Positions 47,458-57,982 are shown, numbered from the stretch's first letter. The stretch is DNA of 64,000 nucleotides from a bacterium (GCA_013360215.1 JABWCP010000004.1:186001-250000); one strand, 5' to 3'. Notes: generated by a model not told the origin, from the sequence alone. Made by a program: numbers and translations.

Positions 47458-48783
47458 ATGTTGTTTCGGAGCGCTTGTATGAAACGGATTTCTGTTTTTG
47501 CAGTCATTTTTACTTTCCTATTTTCTGCGTTACCGCTGTTTAGTCAGATCGGTAGTTCGTCGGCGATCACGGATCGTTATGGGTCCATGTTTACTTACTC
47601 TGCGAAAACGTTAAAGTTTCCTCAATATTATTTCTATCAGAATAATAAACTGTTTATCGGAACCGCAAATCGTGGTATCGGTTCATCAACCAAAGTTAAA
47701 GATTACGGCGCTCAACTGGGTTTGAACTTCGGATTCACAGAGTCTTTTGACGTTATTATTAGCGGTAATTTTGTACAAACACCTAACCGTGCACCTAATA
47801 TTCCAAAAAATAAAATCGTTGGTTTTTTCAATTCAGTAGATGTGCCGGATGAGTTTTATTTAAATCTGCGCTATATACCGTGGGTATGGAAAGACGGTCA
47901 ATATCGTCTCGGTTTTATGTTAACGCGTAAGTTTAATGGCAACGGTTTTCCCAATGCGCCATTTCAGGTATATCAAACTGAATCGCCGGATGTCGGGTTG
48001 AGTTTAATCGGTTCTTATTTTGCCATGCCGGGCATTGAAGATAACGGATTGATGGCGCATATCAACCTCCAGTATTGGAATCACCTAGATGCAGGTAAAT
48101 ACATTGCCCATAACGATGAAGATGATGTACGCGATGCTGTAAACAGCGGTGGTAAATCATTGGCAGATACATCGGTTGTCGAATCAAACACCTCTAGCAT
48201 TCGTTTTTCGCTTGGTGCGCAATATCCTCTGTTTTTAGGCGGTCGTTATCTTTTTCTGACAGGGGATGTTTATGGATTGTTTTATTTACAAAAACCTCCG
48301 GTAGCAGCCTATAGCCGGCAAAATTATGCGTACCTTGCTTTAGGTGCAAAATATCAAGCGTTTAATTGGATGGCCGTGCACGTTGGTGCAGATTTCCGAG
48401 TATTATCAGGTTCAGAAAAGACTATTTCCAGCGATCTGCTTGAGATCAACGATCTTACTATCGGCAAATCGGATTATCCGACGTGGCATTTTTATGCCGG
48501 TGTGACGGTGCCTTTAGAACCGCGGGTTCGCGTGGTTCGGGCCGATGATGAGAGTGAACTTTACGCCCGCCAATCGAAGATCAAAAAAAATGAAGTGAAA
48601 GATATTCTGTATTCCGAGCAGGAAATCCAGAAACGCAGCCAGAATTTTATTCCGCTCAAAGAAATGCGCCGCAGTTATAAATCTATTATCGGTAACCTGC
48701 TTGGCGTACTGGAACCCAAAGATAAAAAACCGGTTGAACCGGAACCTCCGACCGACGAGCAAAGCACCGAAGGACAAAATTAA
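47458..48783 (+). CDS. Hypothetical exported, probably outer-membrane beta-barrel protein with a helical/charged C-terminal tail
   Basis: Signal peptide; amphipathic beta-strand pattern; no family recognised. Confidence 0.55.
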   Translation: MLFRSACMKRISVFAVIFTFLFSALPLFSQIGSSSAITDRYGSMFTYSAKTLKFPQYYFYQNNKLFIGTANRGIGSSTKVKDYGAQLGLNFGFTESFDVIISGNFVQTPNRAPNIPKNKIVGFFNSVDVPDEFYLNLRYIPWVWKDGQYRLGFMLTRKFNGNGFPNAPFQVYQTESPDVGLSLIGSYFAMPGIEDNGLMAHINLQYWNHLDAGKYIAHNDEDDVRDAVNSGGKSLADTSVVESNTSSIRFSLGAQYPLFLGGRYLFLTGDVYGLFYLQKPPVAAYSRQNYAYLALGAKYQAFNWMAVHVGADFRVLSGSEKTISSDLLEINDLTIGKSDYPTWHFYAGVTVPLEPRVRVVRADDESELYARQSKIKKNEVKDILYSEQEIQKRSQNFIPLKEMRRSYKSIIGNLLGVLEPKDKKPVEPEPPTDEQSTEGQN

Positions 48784-48800
48784 TTTTTTAGCCTTATTCC

Positions 48801-48835
48801 AAAAACCCGCACAACGAAAAATGTGCGGGTTTTTT
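48801..48835 (+). terminator. Intrinsic terminator
   Basis: aaaaacccgcaca...tgtgcgggtttttt. Confidence 0.85.
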
Positions 48836-48924
48836 GTTTTGGGGTGGAATTTATTTATCAAAAACGCTATTCTTTCCTCGTATAAAAAAAACCAAACATC
48901 ATTCTTTCAATCGGAGTTTTTTAG

Positions 48925-50118
48925 ATGAAATTGAACAAAGAAATTGTAATAGTCGCCGGTGCACGCACGGCATTTGGGAAATTTGGTGGAACACTTAAAG
49001 ATTTTTCCGCTATCCAGCTCGGCGTTTTTGCTGCACAGGAGACTATCAAACGTGCGGGTGTCAAACCTGAAGATGTGGATCACGTAGTTTTTGGCAATGC
49101 ATCACAAACCAGTGCGGATGCGATCTATATGGCGCGTCATATAGCGCTCAAGGCGGGACTGCCGCAAACCACGCCGGCTTTGACTTTGAATCGCCTTTGC
49201 GGTTCCGGTTTTGAAGCGATCATCGAAGGTGCGCGCCAAATTCTTTTGGGCGAATCCACGATGGTTTTGGCAGGCGGCACGGAAAGTATGAGTCAAGCTC
49301 CGTTTGTTGTTCGGGGTACGCGATTTGGTGTCAATCTTGGTCAACCCATGAAATTTGAAGATTCATTATGGGAAGCGTTATCCGATCCGCACTGCGGTTT
49401 TTCGATGGCGCAGACAGCCGAAAACTTAGCCGATAAATTAAAAATTTCGCGCACGGATTGTGACCTTTATGCATACCTCAGTCAAATGCGAGCAAAGGAT
49501 GCAATACTCGGCGGACGACTCAAAGATGAAATTGCGCCTATCGAAATAAAAACCCGCAAAGGTGTAAAGATTTTTGACACCGATGAACATCCCCGACCTG
49601 AAACGACGGTCGAAATGCTTCAAACACTTGCACCGTATTTCAAAAAAGACGGCACGATATCAGCGGGTAATGCCAGCGGAATTTGTGACGGCGCTGCGGC
49701 CGTACTTATTACAACAGCCGAGATAGCCAAAGCAAAAGGGCTTAAGCCGCTGGGTCGCCTGATAAGCTGGGGTCACGCCGGCGTAGATCCTTCGATCATG
49801 GGTATTGGTCCCGTACCGTCTTCGCAAAAAGCGCTTGCGGATGCCGGGCTCAAAGTTTCTGATATGGACATCGTAGAAATCAATGAAGCCTTTGCTCCGC
49901 AATATATCGCTTGCGAAAAAGAACTTGGCCTGAACCGCGAAATTACCAACGTCAACGGCGGCGCCATTGCGCTCGGCCATCCGCTAGCTGCATCAGGTGC
50001 GCGACTTACTTTAACAGCGTTATACGAATTGAAGCGTCGCGGCAAAAAATACGGTTTGGCTTCCGCATGTATCGGTGGCGGGCAAGGCGTCGCCGTAGTG
50101 ATAGAAGCGTTATCGTAA
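48925..50118 (+). CDS. Acetyl-CoA C-acyltransferase (thiolase)
   Basis: NRLCGSG, NEAFA, GHPLAASG, CIGGGQG. Confidence 0.95.
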   Translation: MKLNKEIVIVAGARTAFGKFGGTLKDFSAIQLGVFAAQETIKRAGVKPEDVDHVVFGNASQTSADAIYMARHIALKAGLPQTTPALTLNRLCGSGFEAIIEGARQILLGESTMVLAGGTESMSQAPFVVRGTRFGVNLGQPMKFEDSLWEALSDPHCGFSMAQTAENLADKLKISRTDCDLYAYLSQMRAKDAILGGRLKDEIAPIEIKTRKGVKIFDTDEHPRPETTVEMLQTLAPYFKKDGTISAGNASGICDGAAAVLITTAEIAKAKGLKPLGRLISWGHAGVDPSIMGIGPVPSSQKALADAGLKVSDMDIVEINEAFAPQYIACEKELGLNREITNVNGGAIALGHPLAASGARLTLTALYELKRRGKKYGLASACIGGGQGVAVVIEALS

Positions 50119-50202
50119 TTAAACTAAAATAATATCAAATATGACGTGTTTTATACTATTCCCGCCACAACAGCGGGAATAGTGCTTTAGGAAGGACAAC
50201 GA

Positions 50203-51708
50203 ATGAAAATCTCTATCATTGTGGCGGGTATGATTTTTTTTCTTATTTCATGCGGGCAGGAAAAAAAACATATGTCCATAAAAGAATTTCCGGTGGCGGT
50301 GGATTCGATTTTTCAAAAATCATGTGCTATCGCAGGATGCCATTTGCCCGACGAACATGATCTTGCCAAGGCTCTTCACCTGCCCAATAATTTGGATTTA
50401 TCATCATGGAGCGGTTTGTTTGAAGGCGGTGAGAACGGTGCGGCGGTCGTCGCGTATCGTGCGGACAAAAGCCATATGATGGGACATATTCGTGGTATTA
50501 TGGATCCGCGTATGCCGCCAAACTACGCACCTTATAACAAAGATACACTGGTCGCATCGAATGTTGCCATAATACAATCCTGGATCGAAGATGGTGCACC
50601 GAGTCTTGAGGGGAATATTCCTTTTGAACATGTTCGAAATAAAATATTTACGACCAACCAGATTAATGATATCGTTTCTGTGCTGGATGCGCGAACGCAC
50701 AATATAATGCGTGTGTTTGATGTCGGGGATCGCCCGCAAAACGAAAGCCCGCACGGAATCGAAGTGAGCCGTGACGGGAAATATTTCTACACATCCATGA
50801 TTGCAACCGGCGATGTTTTTAAATACGATGCTAAAACCGGCGAATTAATAGACAAGGCGGCGTTACTGGATCCTGTTGCGTTAATAAAACTTTCACAAGA
50901 CGGATCGAAGCTGTATGTGACCACCAAATTTGAAGTAAATAATACAGGGAACAACGGGCGTATCACCGTGCTGAATACGGGAACGATGTCGGAAATAAAA
51001 TCTATCCCTGTGGGTGTTAGCCCGCACGGAATTAATCTTTCTAAAGACGGCACTTTGCTGTATGTCAGTGCGGTGTATTCGGATCGAATCTATGTCATCA
51101 ACACCCAAGCCGATACGCTTGCCTCTCATTTTGATGTGGCGGACGATGTAACACCCACGCCCAAATACGAACCTTATCACATCGGGATGGGTCCGAAAAA
51201 TAACAGCGGTTATGAAAATTTGCTTTTTATTACGTGTCGAAAAAATGCGCAGGTACGTATTTTCCAACGTACTAAAACAAATAACGGTAATACGTTTACT
51301 TTTAAACAAGCCATTAATGTCGGCCACAATACCAACGCAAAACCAATCCAACTGGACGTGTTACCTGATGGGAGCGCAGTTTTTGTGGCTAACTCCAACG
51401 ATAGCAGTATTACCGTTATAAAAAAGAATGCGGAAGGGTATTATAAGGAAACGGATATTACTGCGCAGACATCCGACGACGGTAAAACGTTTCATCGCCT
51501 TGCTCAACCCAACGGTGTCTCCGTGAGTCCGGACGGGTTGCTCGTGTATGTAAGTAACCGAAATAAAGACGGCGCCGTCATACCGCATCACGGCGGCAGC
51601 GGAGGAACGGGTTTGATTACCGTTATTGATGTTTCTACAAATAAGATTTTAAAAACATTAGAAGTTGATCCCGACGCGTATAGTGTTTTTGTTTCTTATC
51701 CGAGATAA
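50203..51708 (+). CDS. Lipoprotein with a planctomycete-type cytochrome c domain and a YVTN/YncE beta-propeller
   Basis: Lipobox LISC; CAIAGCH; LDLSSW..L..GG...RMPP...I..WI.DGA; repeated PHG/PNG...SxDG..LYV blades. Confidence 0.75.
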   Translation: MKISIIVAGMIFFLISCGQEKKHMSIKEFPVAVDSIFQKSCAIAGCHLPDEHDLAKALHLPNNLDLSSWSGLFEGGENGAAVVAYRADKSHMMGHIRGIMDPRMPPNYAPYNKDTLVASNVAIIQSWIEDGAPSLEGNIPFEHVRNKIFTTNQINDIVSVLDARTHNIMRVFDVGDRPQNESPHGIEVSRDGKYFYTSMIATGDVFKYDAKTGELIDKAALLDPVALIKLSQDGSKLYVTTKFEVNNTGNNGRITVLNTGTMSEIKSIPVGVSPHGINLSKDGTLLYVSAVYSDRIYVINTQADTLASHFDVADDVTPTPKYEPYHIGMGPKNNSGYENLLFITCRKNAQVRIFQRTKTNNGNTFTFKQAINVGHNTNAKPIQLDVLPDGSAVFVANSNDSSITVIKKNAEGYYKETDITAQTSDDGKTFHRLAQPNGVSVSPDGLLVYVSNRNKDGAVIPHHGGSGGTGLITVIDVSTNKILKTLEVDPDAYSVFVSYPR

Positions 51709-51725
51709 GCGCTCAAAATTTTCAT

Positions 51726-51755
51726 TTGCACCTTGATAGGCTTGATCACTACATT
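51726..51755 (+). promoter_or_regulatory. Possible sigma70 promoter of glyA
   Basis: TTGCAC-18 nt-TACATT; same -35 hexamer as the nuo promoter. Confidence 0.4.
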
Positions 51756-51784
51756 GTCACGAACAAAAAAAGGATTTCTGCTTC

Positions 51785-53071
51785 ATGGAACACATTCACC
51801 AGTTTGATCCCGAATTGTACAAAGCCATCATGGATGAAAAAGTACGTCAAAATACGACCCTCGAAATGATAGCGTCTGAGAATTTTGTCAGTAAAGCCGT
51901 AATGGAAGCGGCCGGAACAGTGATGACCAATAAGTATGCGGAAGGCTATCCCGGAAATCGTTATTACGGTGGATGTGAATTTGTAGATGTCGCCGAAAAT
52001 CTGGCTCGGGATCGTGCCAAAGAACTTTTCGGTGCCGCGTACGCCAATGTGCAACCGCACTCCGGTAGCCAGGCTAACATGGCTGTGTATTTTACTTTGA
52101 TCAAACCCGGCGATACGGTGATGGGCATGGATCTCGCACATGGCGGTCATTTGACACACGGCAGCCCGGTAAATTTTTCAGGAAAAATGTACAAGGTTGT
52201 ATCGTATGGCGTAAAAAAAGAAACGGGCCGCATTGATTACGATCAAATGGTACGTGTGGCGCGTGAACATAAACCGAAACTGATCATTGCCGGTGCAAGT
52301 GCCTATACACGTTTTTTTGAATACGAAAAATTTCGCGCTATTGCAGATGAAATAGGGGCTTATCTTATGGCCGATATGGCGCACCCGGCAGGCCTTATTG
52401 CGGCCGGCTTGCATCCCAGTCCGGTACCGTATTGCGATATCGTAACGACGACGACGCACAAAACGTTGCGCGGCCCGCGTTCGGGGCTTATCCTGATGGG
52501 AAAAGATTTTGAAAACAGATTAGGCATTACGGCTCCCAAATCCGGACGGTTACGCATGATGTCTGAAATCCTCGACAGTAATGTAATGCCCGGTATCCAG
52601 GGCGGTCCGCTTATGCATATCATTGCCGCGAAAGCTATTGCATTCAAAGAAGCGCTTCAGCCCTCGTTCAAAGAATATGCCCGTCAGGTGATGGCTAATG
52701 CGAAGGCATTAGCAGAGCAACTGGTCAATCTGAATTATACACTCGTTTCCGGCGGTACGGACAATCATTTGGTATTGGTTGATCTATCCAATAAAAACAT
52801 TACCGGAAAAAAAGCCGAGCAAACACTTGAGCATGCCGGCATAACGGTAAATAAAAACATGGTGCCTTTTGATGTGCAAAGCCCGCTTGTAACAAGCGGT
52901 ATTCGTATCGGCACGCCGGCGCTGACGACACGTGGCATGAAAGAATCGGAAATGCGAATTATCGCCGGATTTATTGACCGGGCGATTCGCCATGCTGACC
53001 AAATGGAAGAACTGCATAAAATAAAAAATGAAATCACGGATCTTACTAAAAATTTCCCGCTCTATGCATAG
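51785..53071 (+). CDS. glyA: Serine hydroxymethyltransferase
   Basis: [44 protein letters not shown]. Confidence 0.98.
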   Translation: MEHIHQFDPELYKAIMDEKVRQNTTLEMIASENFVSKAVMEAAGTVMTNKYAEGYPGNRYYGGCEFVDVAENLARDRAKELFGAAYANVQPHSGSQANMAVYFTLIKPGDTVMGMDLAHGGHLTHGSPVNFSGKMYKVVSYGVKKETGRIDYDQMVRVAREHKPKLIIAGASAYTRFFEYEKFRAIADEIGAYLMADMAHPAGLIAAGLHPSPVPYCDIVTTTTHKTLRGPRSGLILMGKDFENRLGITAPKSGRLRMMSEILDSNVMPGIQGGPLMHIIAAKAIAFKEALQPSFKEYARQVMANAKALAEQLVNLNYTLVSGGTDNHLVLVDLSNKNITGKKAEQTLEHAGITVNKNMVPFDVQSPLVTSGIRIGTPALTTRGMKESEMRIIAGFIDRAIRHADQMEELHKIKNEITDLTKNFPLYA

Positions 53072-53588
53072 ATTTTTATTAAAAACAAAATCACAAGGTG
53101 TGCTTTTGTTGAGCGTACTCTTGGCGTTATTTTATTTGAGTTGTTCCGGTAGCAAAAACATCAGGAAAACAACTGAAACTAAGTCTGATGCTGAGGCGCC
53201 ACCTGTAATGGTCGAATCACCTAAAGTTATGCGTTGGTATATCGTTGTAGAGCAAAAAGCAGGTCTCTATAAACGCTATGTAGAACTGTCATACGACGGT
53301 CAAATGTCCCAGCTTACGGAAGGAGGACGTGGCCCGGCATCGGTTGTTTTTTTTGCTGCAGATAGTCTGCGTAGATTGGATCGCGATATTGCGGAGATGA
53401 TCAGTGAAAAAGCAAGTACGTCCGACCGACAGGATGCGATTTTATGTCTAACGGTTTATAGCGAAAGCGGCGATGCCGTCTTAGATACATGTTGGTCTCA
53501 AACATCGTGGGGAAACTCTTCCGCATCCGCACGTCGTTTGGTCGAATGGATAAGCCAACAAACGGATAATTTTATTTCCATCAAATAA
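53064..53588 (+). CDS. Hypothetical lipoprotein
   Basis: Hydrophobic stretch ending LSC; overlaps the glyA stop; start inferred. Confidence 0.6.
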   Translation: MHRFLLKTKSQGVLLLSVLLALFYLSCSGSKNIRKTTETKSDAEAPPVMVESPKVMRWYIVVEQKAGLYKRYVELSYDGQMSQLTEGGRGPASVVFFAADSLRRLDRDIAEMISEKASTSDRQDAILCLTVYSESGDAVLDTCWSQTSWGNSSASARRLVEWISQQTDNFISIK

Positions 53589-53668
53589 TTTGAGGAGGGC
53601 CGGCGAAATCTATAAGTAAAAAATTCGCCAACGCGAATAGGTTTACTCTGGGGGCCGGTCCATATTTG

Positions 53669-53702
53669 TAAAAAACCTCGGTTTTAAAGCCGAGGTTTTT
53701 TA
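53669..53702. terminator. Bidirectional intrinsic terminator
   Basis: aaaaaacctcgg-ttttaaag-ccgaggtttttt between convergent genes. Confidence 0.85.
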
Positions 53703-53710
53703 TGTAAAAT

Positions 53711-54415
53711 TTATTTCTTTTTACGCTTTTTATTGACAGCGGGTCGCTTTTTAGGTTTTGACTTTGCTTTGGCATTAGTAAGATCACGGAGTGCTGCGCG
53801 AACCGGCGTTCCGTCGCCGTGTTTTATTTTAAGCGGCATACAAATTAGTTCGTACTCACCGGGCCGTACATCCGAAAGATTTAAGCCTTCGACGACGACG
53901 ACTTGACTGCCAAGTAATTTTTTATGCACGGGATGATCAAATTCGGCGTGAAAGCTCTCCACGCTCAAATAATCTACACCAACCAATTTGACTTTCTTCT
54001 TGAGCAAATATTCAGCGCCGGTTAAACCTACGGCAATAAAATCTTTATCAAACTCCATATTACCGTTTTTCCAATGCAAGGAGTTTTTGGTTTTGAAAAG
54101 AACACGTTTATGGCCTTTGAAGTCAATGTGTTTCAAATCGTCGGCTTCAATATTAATTGTTTTGGGTTTTACTTCTACGACAATGCATGGCCCGATATAA
54201 ATATCCAAAGGCACTTCATCAATACCTTTGCCGTCGTCAACAAAATGAAAGGGCGCATCCGTATGTGTGCCGGTATGAGCGCCTATTTCCCAGCGCGAGA
54301 CATTGCACGCGTCGCCTTTTTTCATTTGTATGGGAAGTTGGATATTAACTTTAGGATCGCCCGGCCAGGTTACGATGTCATTGGAAATCGTGAGAGAAAT
54401 GTCTTTTATTTTCAT
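53711..54415 (-). CDS. Cyclase-family metal hydrolase (kynurenine formamidase KynB-like) with a basic C-terminal tail
   Basis: WPGDP, HTGTHTDAPFH, GVDYLS, H..LL, VEGL.L; ends AKAKSKPKKRPAVNKKRKKK. Confidence 0.88.
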   Translation of the reverse strand: MKIKDISLTISNDIVTWPGDPKVNIQLPIQMKKGDACNVSRWEIGAHTGTHTDAPFHFVDDGKGIDEVPLDIYIGPCIVVEVKPKTINIEADDLKHIDFKGHKRVLFKTKNSLHWKNGNMEFDKDFIAVGLTGAEYLLKKKVKLVGVDYLSVESFHAEFDHPVHKKLLGSQVVVVEGLNLSDVRPGEYELICMPLKIKHGDGTPVRAALRDLTNAKAKSKPKKRPAVNKKRKKK

Positions 54416-54488
54416 GCGTCACCTCTCCAAAAAATTGTGATTAAAAAAATACGAATTACGAAAGGCGTCGAAAAAGAAGGGCGTGTGA

Positions 54489-55700
54489 TTAATTCCAATT
54501 TCGTGGAATTTGCACGATAATTTTTGGCTCTCCATTAGGAAAAAGTGTCATCGTAGCCTGGTATTTAGCCAAATATTGGCGTGCATTAAAAAGTTCGATA
54601 TCTCCCATCGAAAAGAAATTCTCATCTGAAAGTGCAGAGTAGCGTGTCTCAAGATTCATACGTCCATGATACGCTTCCGAATCATGCGCGGCCATTACGC
54701 GGTTATCACGGATCGTAACGGTAATCATATTATCAAGCAATTCCGTTTTCACATAAAGCCAACGATCCGAAATAGCGGCTGTTGCTTTGATGCAATGGAT
54801 GATGATATTGTGAAATGCTTGTGAAAAATCGCGATAAATGCCTTTGATCATCGGTAGTTTATCTGCGTACTGCATTTCTTTTTGGATTTGATGCTTGAAA
54901 TAAAGACTCGACTCAAAAAATCCAAATTCATTTTGCAAGATAGCGTTAATATCCAATTCCATTTCGGCATCTTGCATTTCAAACGCAACTTTAGCGGAAA
55001 AACCTCGCATCAAAAGACTGGCTTTATCTACCTGGCCGATGACTTCGTTGAGTCCTTTTTCCAGCTTTCCGCGAAATGCATCTAAATCACTACGCAGTTT
55101 TTCATCGCTGACCGATTCGAAAAGCGAAGCGTTTTTTCGCAGCTGATGGAGGAGTAATTCGGCGCGTCCACGCATGCTTCCGAGCGGGGTATTCAGATTA
55201 TGAGCCACACCTTGAAGTATCAGTGACATCGGGCGGGTCCGGTAAAAATTGATATACTCCAAAATCCGGTCCGAATCCACTGCGCGCGAAGCCGCTTCAG
55301 CGATGGTTTCCTGTTGAGCGATTTGATTTTCAAGACGCCGGCTAATGTCGCGAAAGACAGCTTGAATGCCGCCGATCTTACCTTGTGCGTTGCGAAGCGG
55401 TATGGCTGAAACTTCAATGAGGCGTGTCGAACCGTCTTTTTTGCGCCAATCGAAAAGGCTTCGCTCGGCATAACCGCGATGCCCTAAAATAGATAATAAC
55501 GCATCATGGTCACCGGTATTAGCATATATCGTATCAACAGTAAGGCTGTAAAATTCGCTCGGACCGTAGTATCCCAATATTTCTGCGGCCGACTGATTGG
55601 CAAGAATGATTTGACCATTTTCGTTGATTACGAAAATTCCGTCCGGAAGGCTATTGATAAGTTCGTCGTATTTATTTTGAAAATCTAAATTCATGGACAT
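54489..55700 (-). CDS. PAS-domain histidine-kinase-like protein with a degenerate ATP-binding domain
   Basis: PAS (PDGIFV...AN...RKKDG...RDIS); H-box AHNLNTPL; N, G1 and G2 boxes eroded. Confidence 0.75.
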   Translation of the reverse strand: MSMNLDFQNKYDELINSLPDGIFVINENGQIILANQSAAEILGYYGPSEFYSLTVDTIYANTGDHDALLSILGHRGYAERSLFDWRKKDGSTRLIEVSAIPLRNAQGKIGGIQAVFRDISRRLENQIAQQETIAEAASRAVDSDRILEYINFYRTRPMSLILQGVAHNLNTPLGSMRGRAELLLHQLRKNASLFESVSDEKLRSDLDAFRGKLEKGLNEVIGQVDKASLLMRGFSAKVAFEMQDAEMELDINAILQNEFGFFESSLYFKHQIQKEMQYADKLPMIKGIYRDFSQAFHNIIIHCIKATAAISDRWLYVKTELLDNMITVTIRDNRVMAAHDSEAYHGRMNLETRYSALSDENFFSMGDIELFNARQYLAKYQATMTLFPNGEPKIIVQIPRNWN

Positions 55701-56609
55701 TTATTTTTTTCCGATCAGAACACGTTCATAATTTTGAATATCTTTGTAACGTTGCTGATATGTATATCCGGTACTATGCAAAATCTGAGCTACGGCATCC
55801 GCCTGATCAAAACCTACTTCCAGTGCGATATATCCAAATGGTGAGGAGGGATCCAAAATATCCGCAGCAATATGGCCAATCTTACGATAAAAAGCCAGCC
55901 CATTATCTTCAGCGCGCAAAGCGGTATTCGGTTCATAATCACGTATTTCTTTATCCAATAGAGCGTACTCCTTATCGGAAATGTACGGCGGATTGGATAC
56001 GATGATATCAAAACGATGTTTCAAACTTTCGATCGAAGACGAATCGAAAATGTCACAATGTTGCCACTGAATATGAGTGTCTGGCAAAATTTTATTCGCG
56101 TTTTCTTGTGCTACGACCAATGCGTTTTGACTTATGTCAACAGCTGTAGCTTGTAATTCAAAACCGTGTTTTTTCAAATAATATGCAAGACTGATGATGA
56201 TTGCTCCGCTTCCAGTTCCGATATCCAGAATGCGAAGTGATTTTATATTTTCACTTTTTCCGCATAAATCCAGGACGCGTTCAACTAAAAGTTCGGTATC
56301 GGGTCTTGGGATTAACACATTTCGATTGACGTGAAATGTCAATCCCATAAAATCCGTATGTCCGACAATATACTGAAGCGGTTCGGCAAGCAATCGTCGT
56401 TTTAGCGAAGCCTTAAATTCATCGCGTTCATTTTGGTCCAACGGACGATCATAATTGACATACAAATCCATGCGTTTACAACCCAGCGTATGGCATAAAA
56501 GCCACTCTACGTTGGTACGTGCGGATTCGATATTTTTTTCATTAAGATAATGTATAGTCCAATCCATGATGGATTTGACTGTCCATACCTCAGGCACGGC
56601 AGAACTCAT
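55701..56609 (-). CDS. prmC: Release factor glutamine methyltransferase
   Basis: EPLQYI.G, VLIPRPDTE, LDIGTGSG, SNPPY. Confidence 0.96.
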   Translation of the reverse strand: MSSAVPEVWTVKSIMDWTIHYLNEKNIESARTNVEWLLCHTLGCKRMDLYVNYDRPLDQNERDEFKASLKRRLLAEPLQYIVGHTDFMGLTFHVNRNVLIPRPDTELLVERVLDLCGKSENIKSLRILDIGTGSGAIIISLAYYLKKHGFELQATAVDISQNALVVAQENANKILPDTHIQWQHCDIFDSSSIESLKHRFDIIVSNPPYISDKEYALLDKEIRDYEPNTALRAEDNGLAFYRKIGHIAADILDPSSPFGYIALEVGFDQADAVAQILHSTGYTYQQRYKDIQNYERVLIGKK

Positions 56610-56612
56610 GAT

Positions 56613-57173
56613 TTATACGGTTTCCGATCGGTCTTTTTCGTCTTTAGAGATAATATCTGTGACATGGTACACCAAGGTTCCGGATTCGCTTACTTGTAAT
56701 TGTGCCATGCCGATGCGGCATAAGTTTTCCAATAAAGTTTGGGCATCCGAAACAGCGATATCCAGTTCCGTAGCGGTTTCCACGATAGTCAGTTTACCAT
56801 TATGTTTTTGTGCCAGCTCAAGCAGACGGTCTTGGATATACACTTCATTGTGTTTTTTCTCAAGGCGATTTATTCTGCGCAGCTGTACGATCAGCAGAAA
56901 AGTAAGTATGCCCGGAACGATACCCATACAAATGCCCGCTCCGATAAGTACACCCAGTTCCGTTGGTTTTTGGGAATGCGAATTATCAGACAGTGCGACT
57001 AAAGAATCGTTTTGGGGTGCGGATAATTTAGATTGTTCCGCTGTAGTATAGTTTCCTGTGATCAGATCGGACATCAGTGCGGGTATAAAAATAGCCGCGC
57101 TGATCGTGAAGGGGATGATACCAACCCAACACAATATCTTTTGCATAAGAAAGGAGCGATGGGCGACGGGCAT
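56613..57173 (-). CDS. Hypothetical two-TM protein with a C-terminal winged-helix-like domain
   Basis: Two hydrophobic segments, then LLELAQKHNGKLT..E.A......A...LE.L...G.A...V.ESG..VY. Confidence 0.6.
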   Translation of the reverse strand: MPVAHRSFLMQKILCWVGIIPFTISAAIFIPALMSDLITGNYTTAEQSKLSAPQNDSLVALSDNSHSQKPTELGVLIGAGICMGIVPGILTFLLIVQLRRINRLEKKHNEVYIQDRLLELAQKHNGKLTIVETATELDIAVSDAQTLLENLCRIGMAQLQVSESGTLVYHVTDIISKDEKDRSETV

Positions 57174-57178
57174 AGCGA

Positions 57179-57967
57179 TTAATAGAATTTGTGAAAATGA
57201 TGTACCGGCCCATGTCCGCTGCCTACTGAAAAAGCGTGGGTTATGGCCAATGAAATATATCGTTTAGCTAAACGTACGGATTCCAGAACCGTGAATCCTT
57301 TAGCCAAATGTGCAGCGATAGCTGCGCTGAAGGTGCATCCGGTACCGTGGGTATTTTTGCTTCGAATACGTTGGTGACGCAGATGGTAAATTTTGCGGCC
57401 ATCGTAAAAAACATCGATGGCTTCACCTTTGAGATGCCCGCCCTTTACTATGATGTACTTAGGACCCATCGCGCGCAGTGTGTCTGCAGCTATCTCCATA
57501 TCTGAAATCGTTGTTATTTTTTTTCCGGTAAGCACTTCAGCCTCGGGAATATTAGGTGTCAGGACCGTAGCCTGTGGAAGAAGCCGCTCAATAAGTGCAC
57601 TTATGGCGTTGTCTTGCAATAAGCGATCACCGCTTTTAGCGACCATTACAGGATCTACGACTAATTTTTTTACGCTATACTTACGAAGGCCATCACTAAC
57701 GGTTTGAATTATATCCGCGTTGGACAACATTCCGGTTTTGACGGCTTGGGGTTTTATGTCGGTGAGCACGGCTTCGATTTGTCGGGAAATCACATCTGTG
57801 GTAACATCCATGATTGCGGTTACACCCACGGTATTTTGAGCCGTGATTGCCGTGATGACCGATGCACCGTAAACACCGAGTGCCGAAAATGTTTTGAGGT
57901 CGGCCTGAATACCTGCACCGCCGCCTGAGTCAGAACCGGCGATAGTCAATGCTTTACGGGGATTCAT
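57179..57967 (-). CDS. thiD: HMP/HMP-P kinase
   Basis: TIAGSDSGGGAGIQADLK, TAQNT, DPVM, KGGH, NTHGTGC. Confidence 0.96.
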   Translation of the reverse strand: MNPRKALTIAGSDSGGGAGIQADLKTFSALGVYGASVITAITAQNTVGVTAIMDVTTDVISRQIEAVLTDIKPQAVKTGMLSNADIIQTVSDGLRKYSVKKLVVDPVMVAKSGDRLLQDNAISALIERLLPQATVLTPNIPEAEVLTGKKITTISDMEIAADTLRAMGPKYIIVKGGHLKGEAIDVFYDGRKIYHLRHQRIRSKNTHGTGCTFSAAIAAHLAKGFTVLESVRLAKRYISLAITHAFSVGSGHGPVHHFHKFY

Positions 57968-57982
57968 CTGTGGTGAGGCGCG

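Noticed and set aside
53597-53661. gggccggc/gccggtcc and ggcgaa/ttcgcc pairings suggesting a small RNA
   Set aside because: The stems are short and mutually overlapping, match no family I recognise, and may simply be 3'UTR structure.
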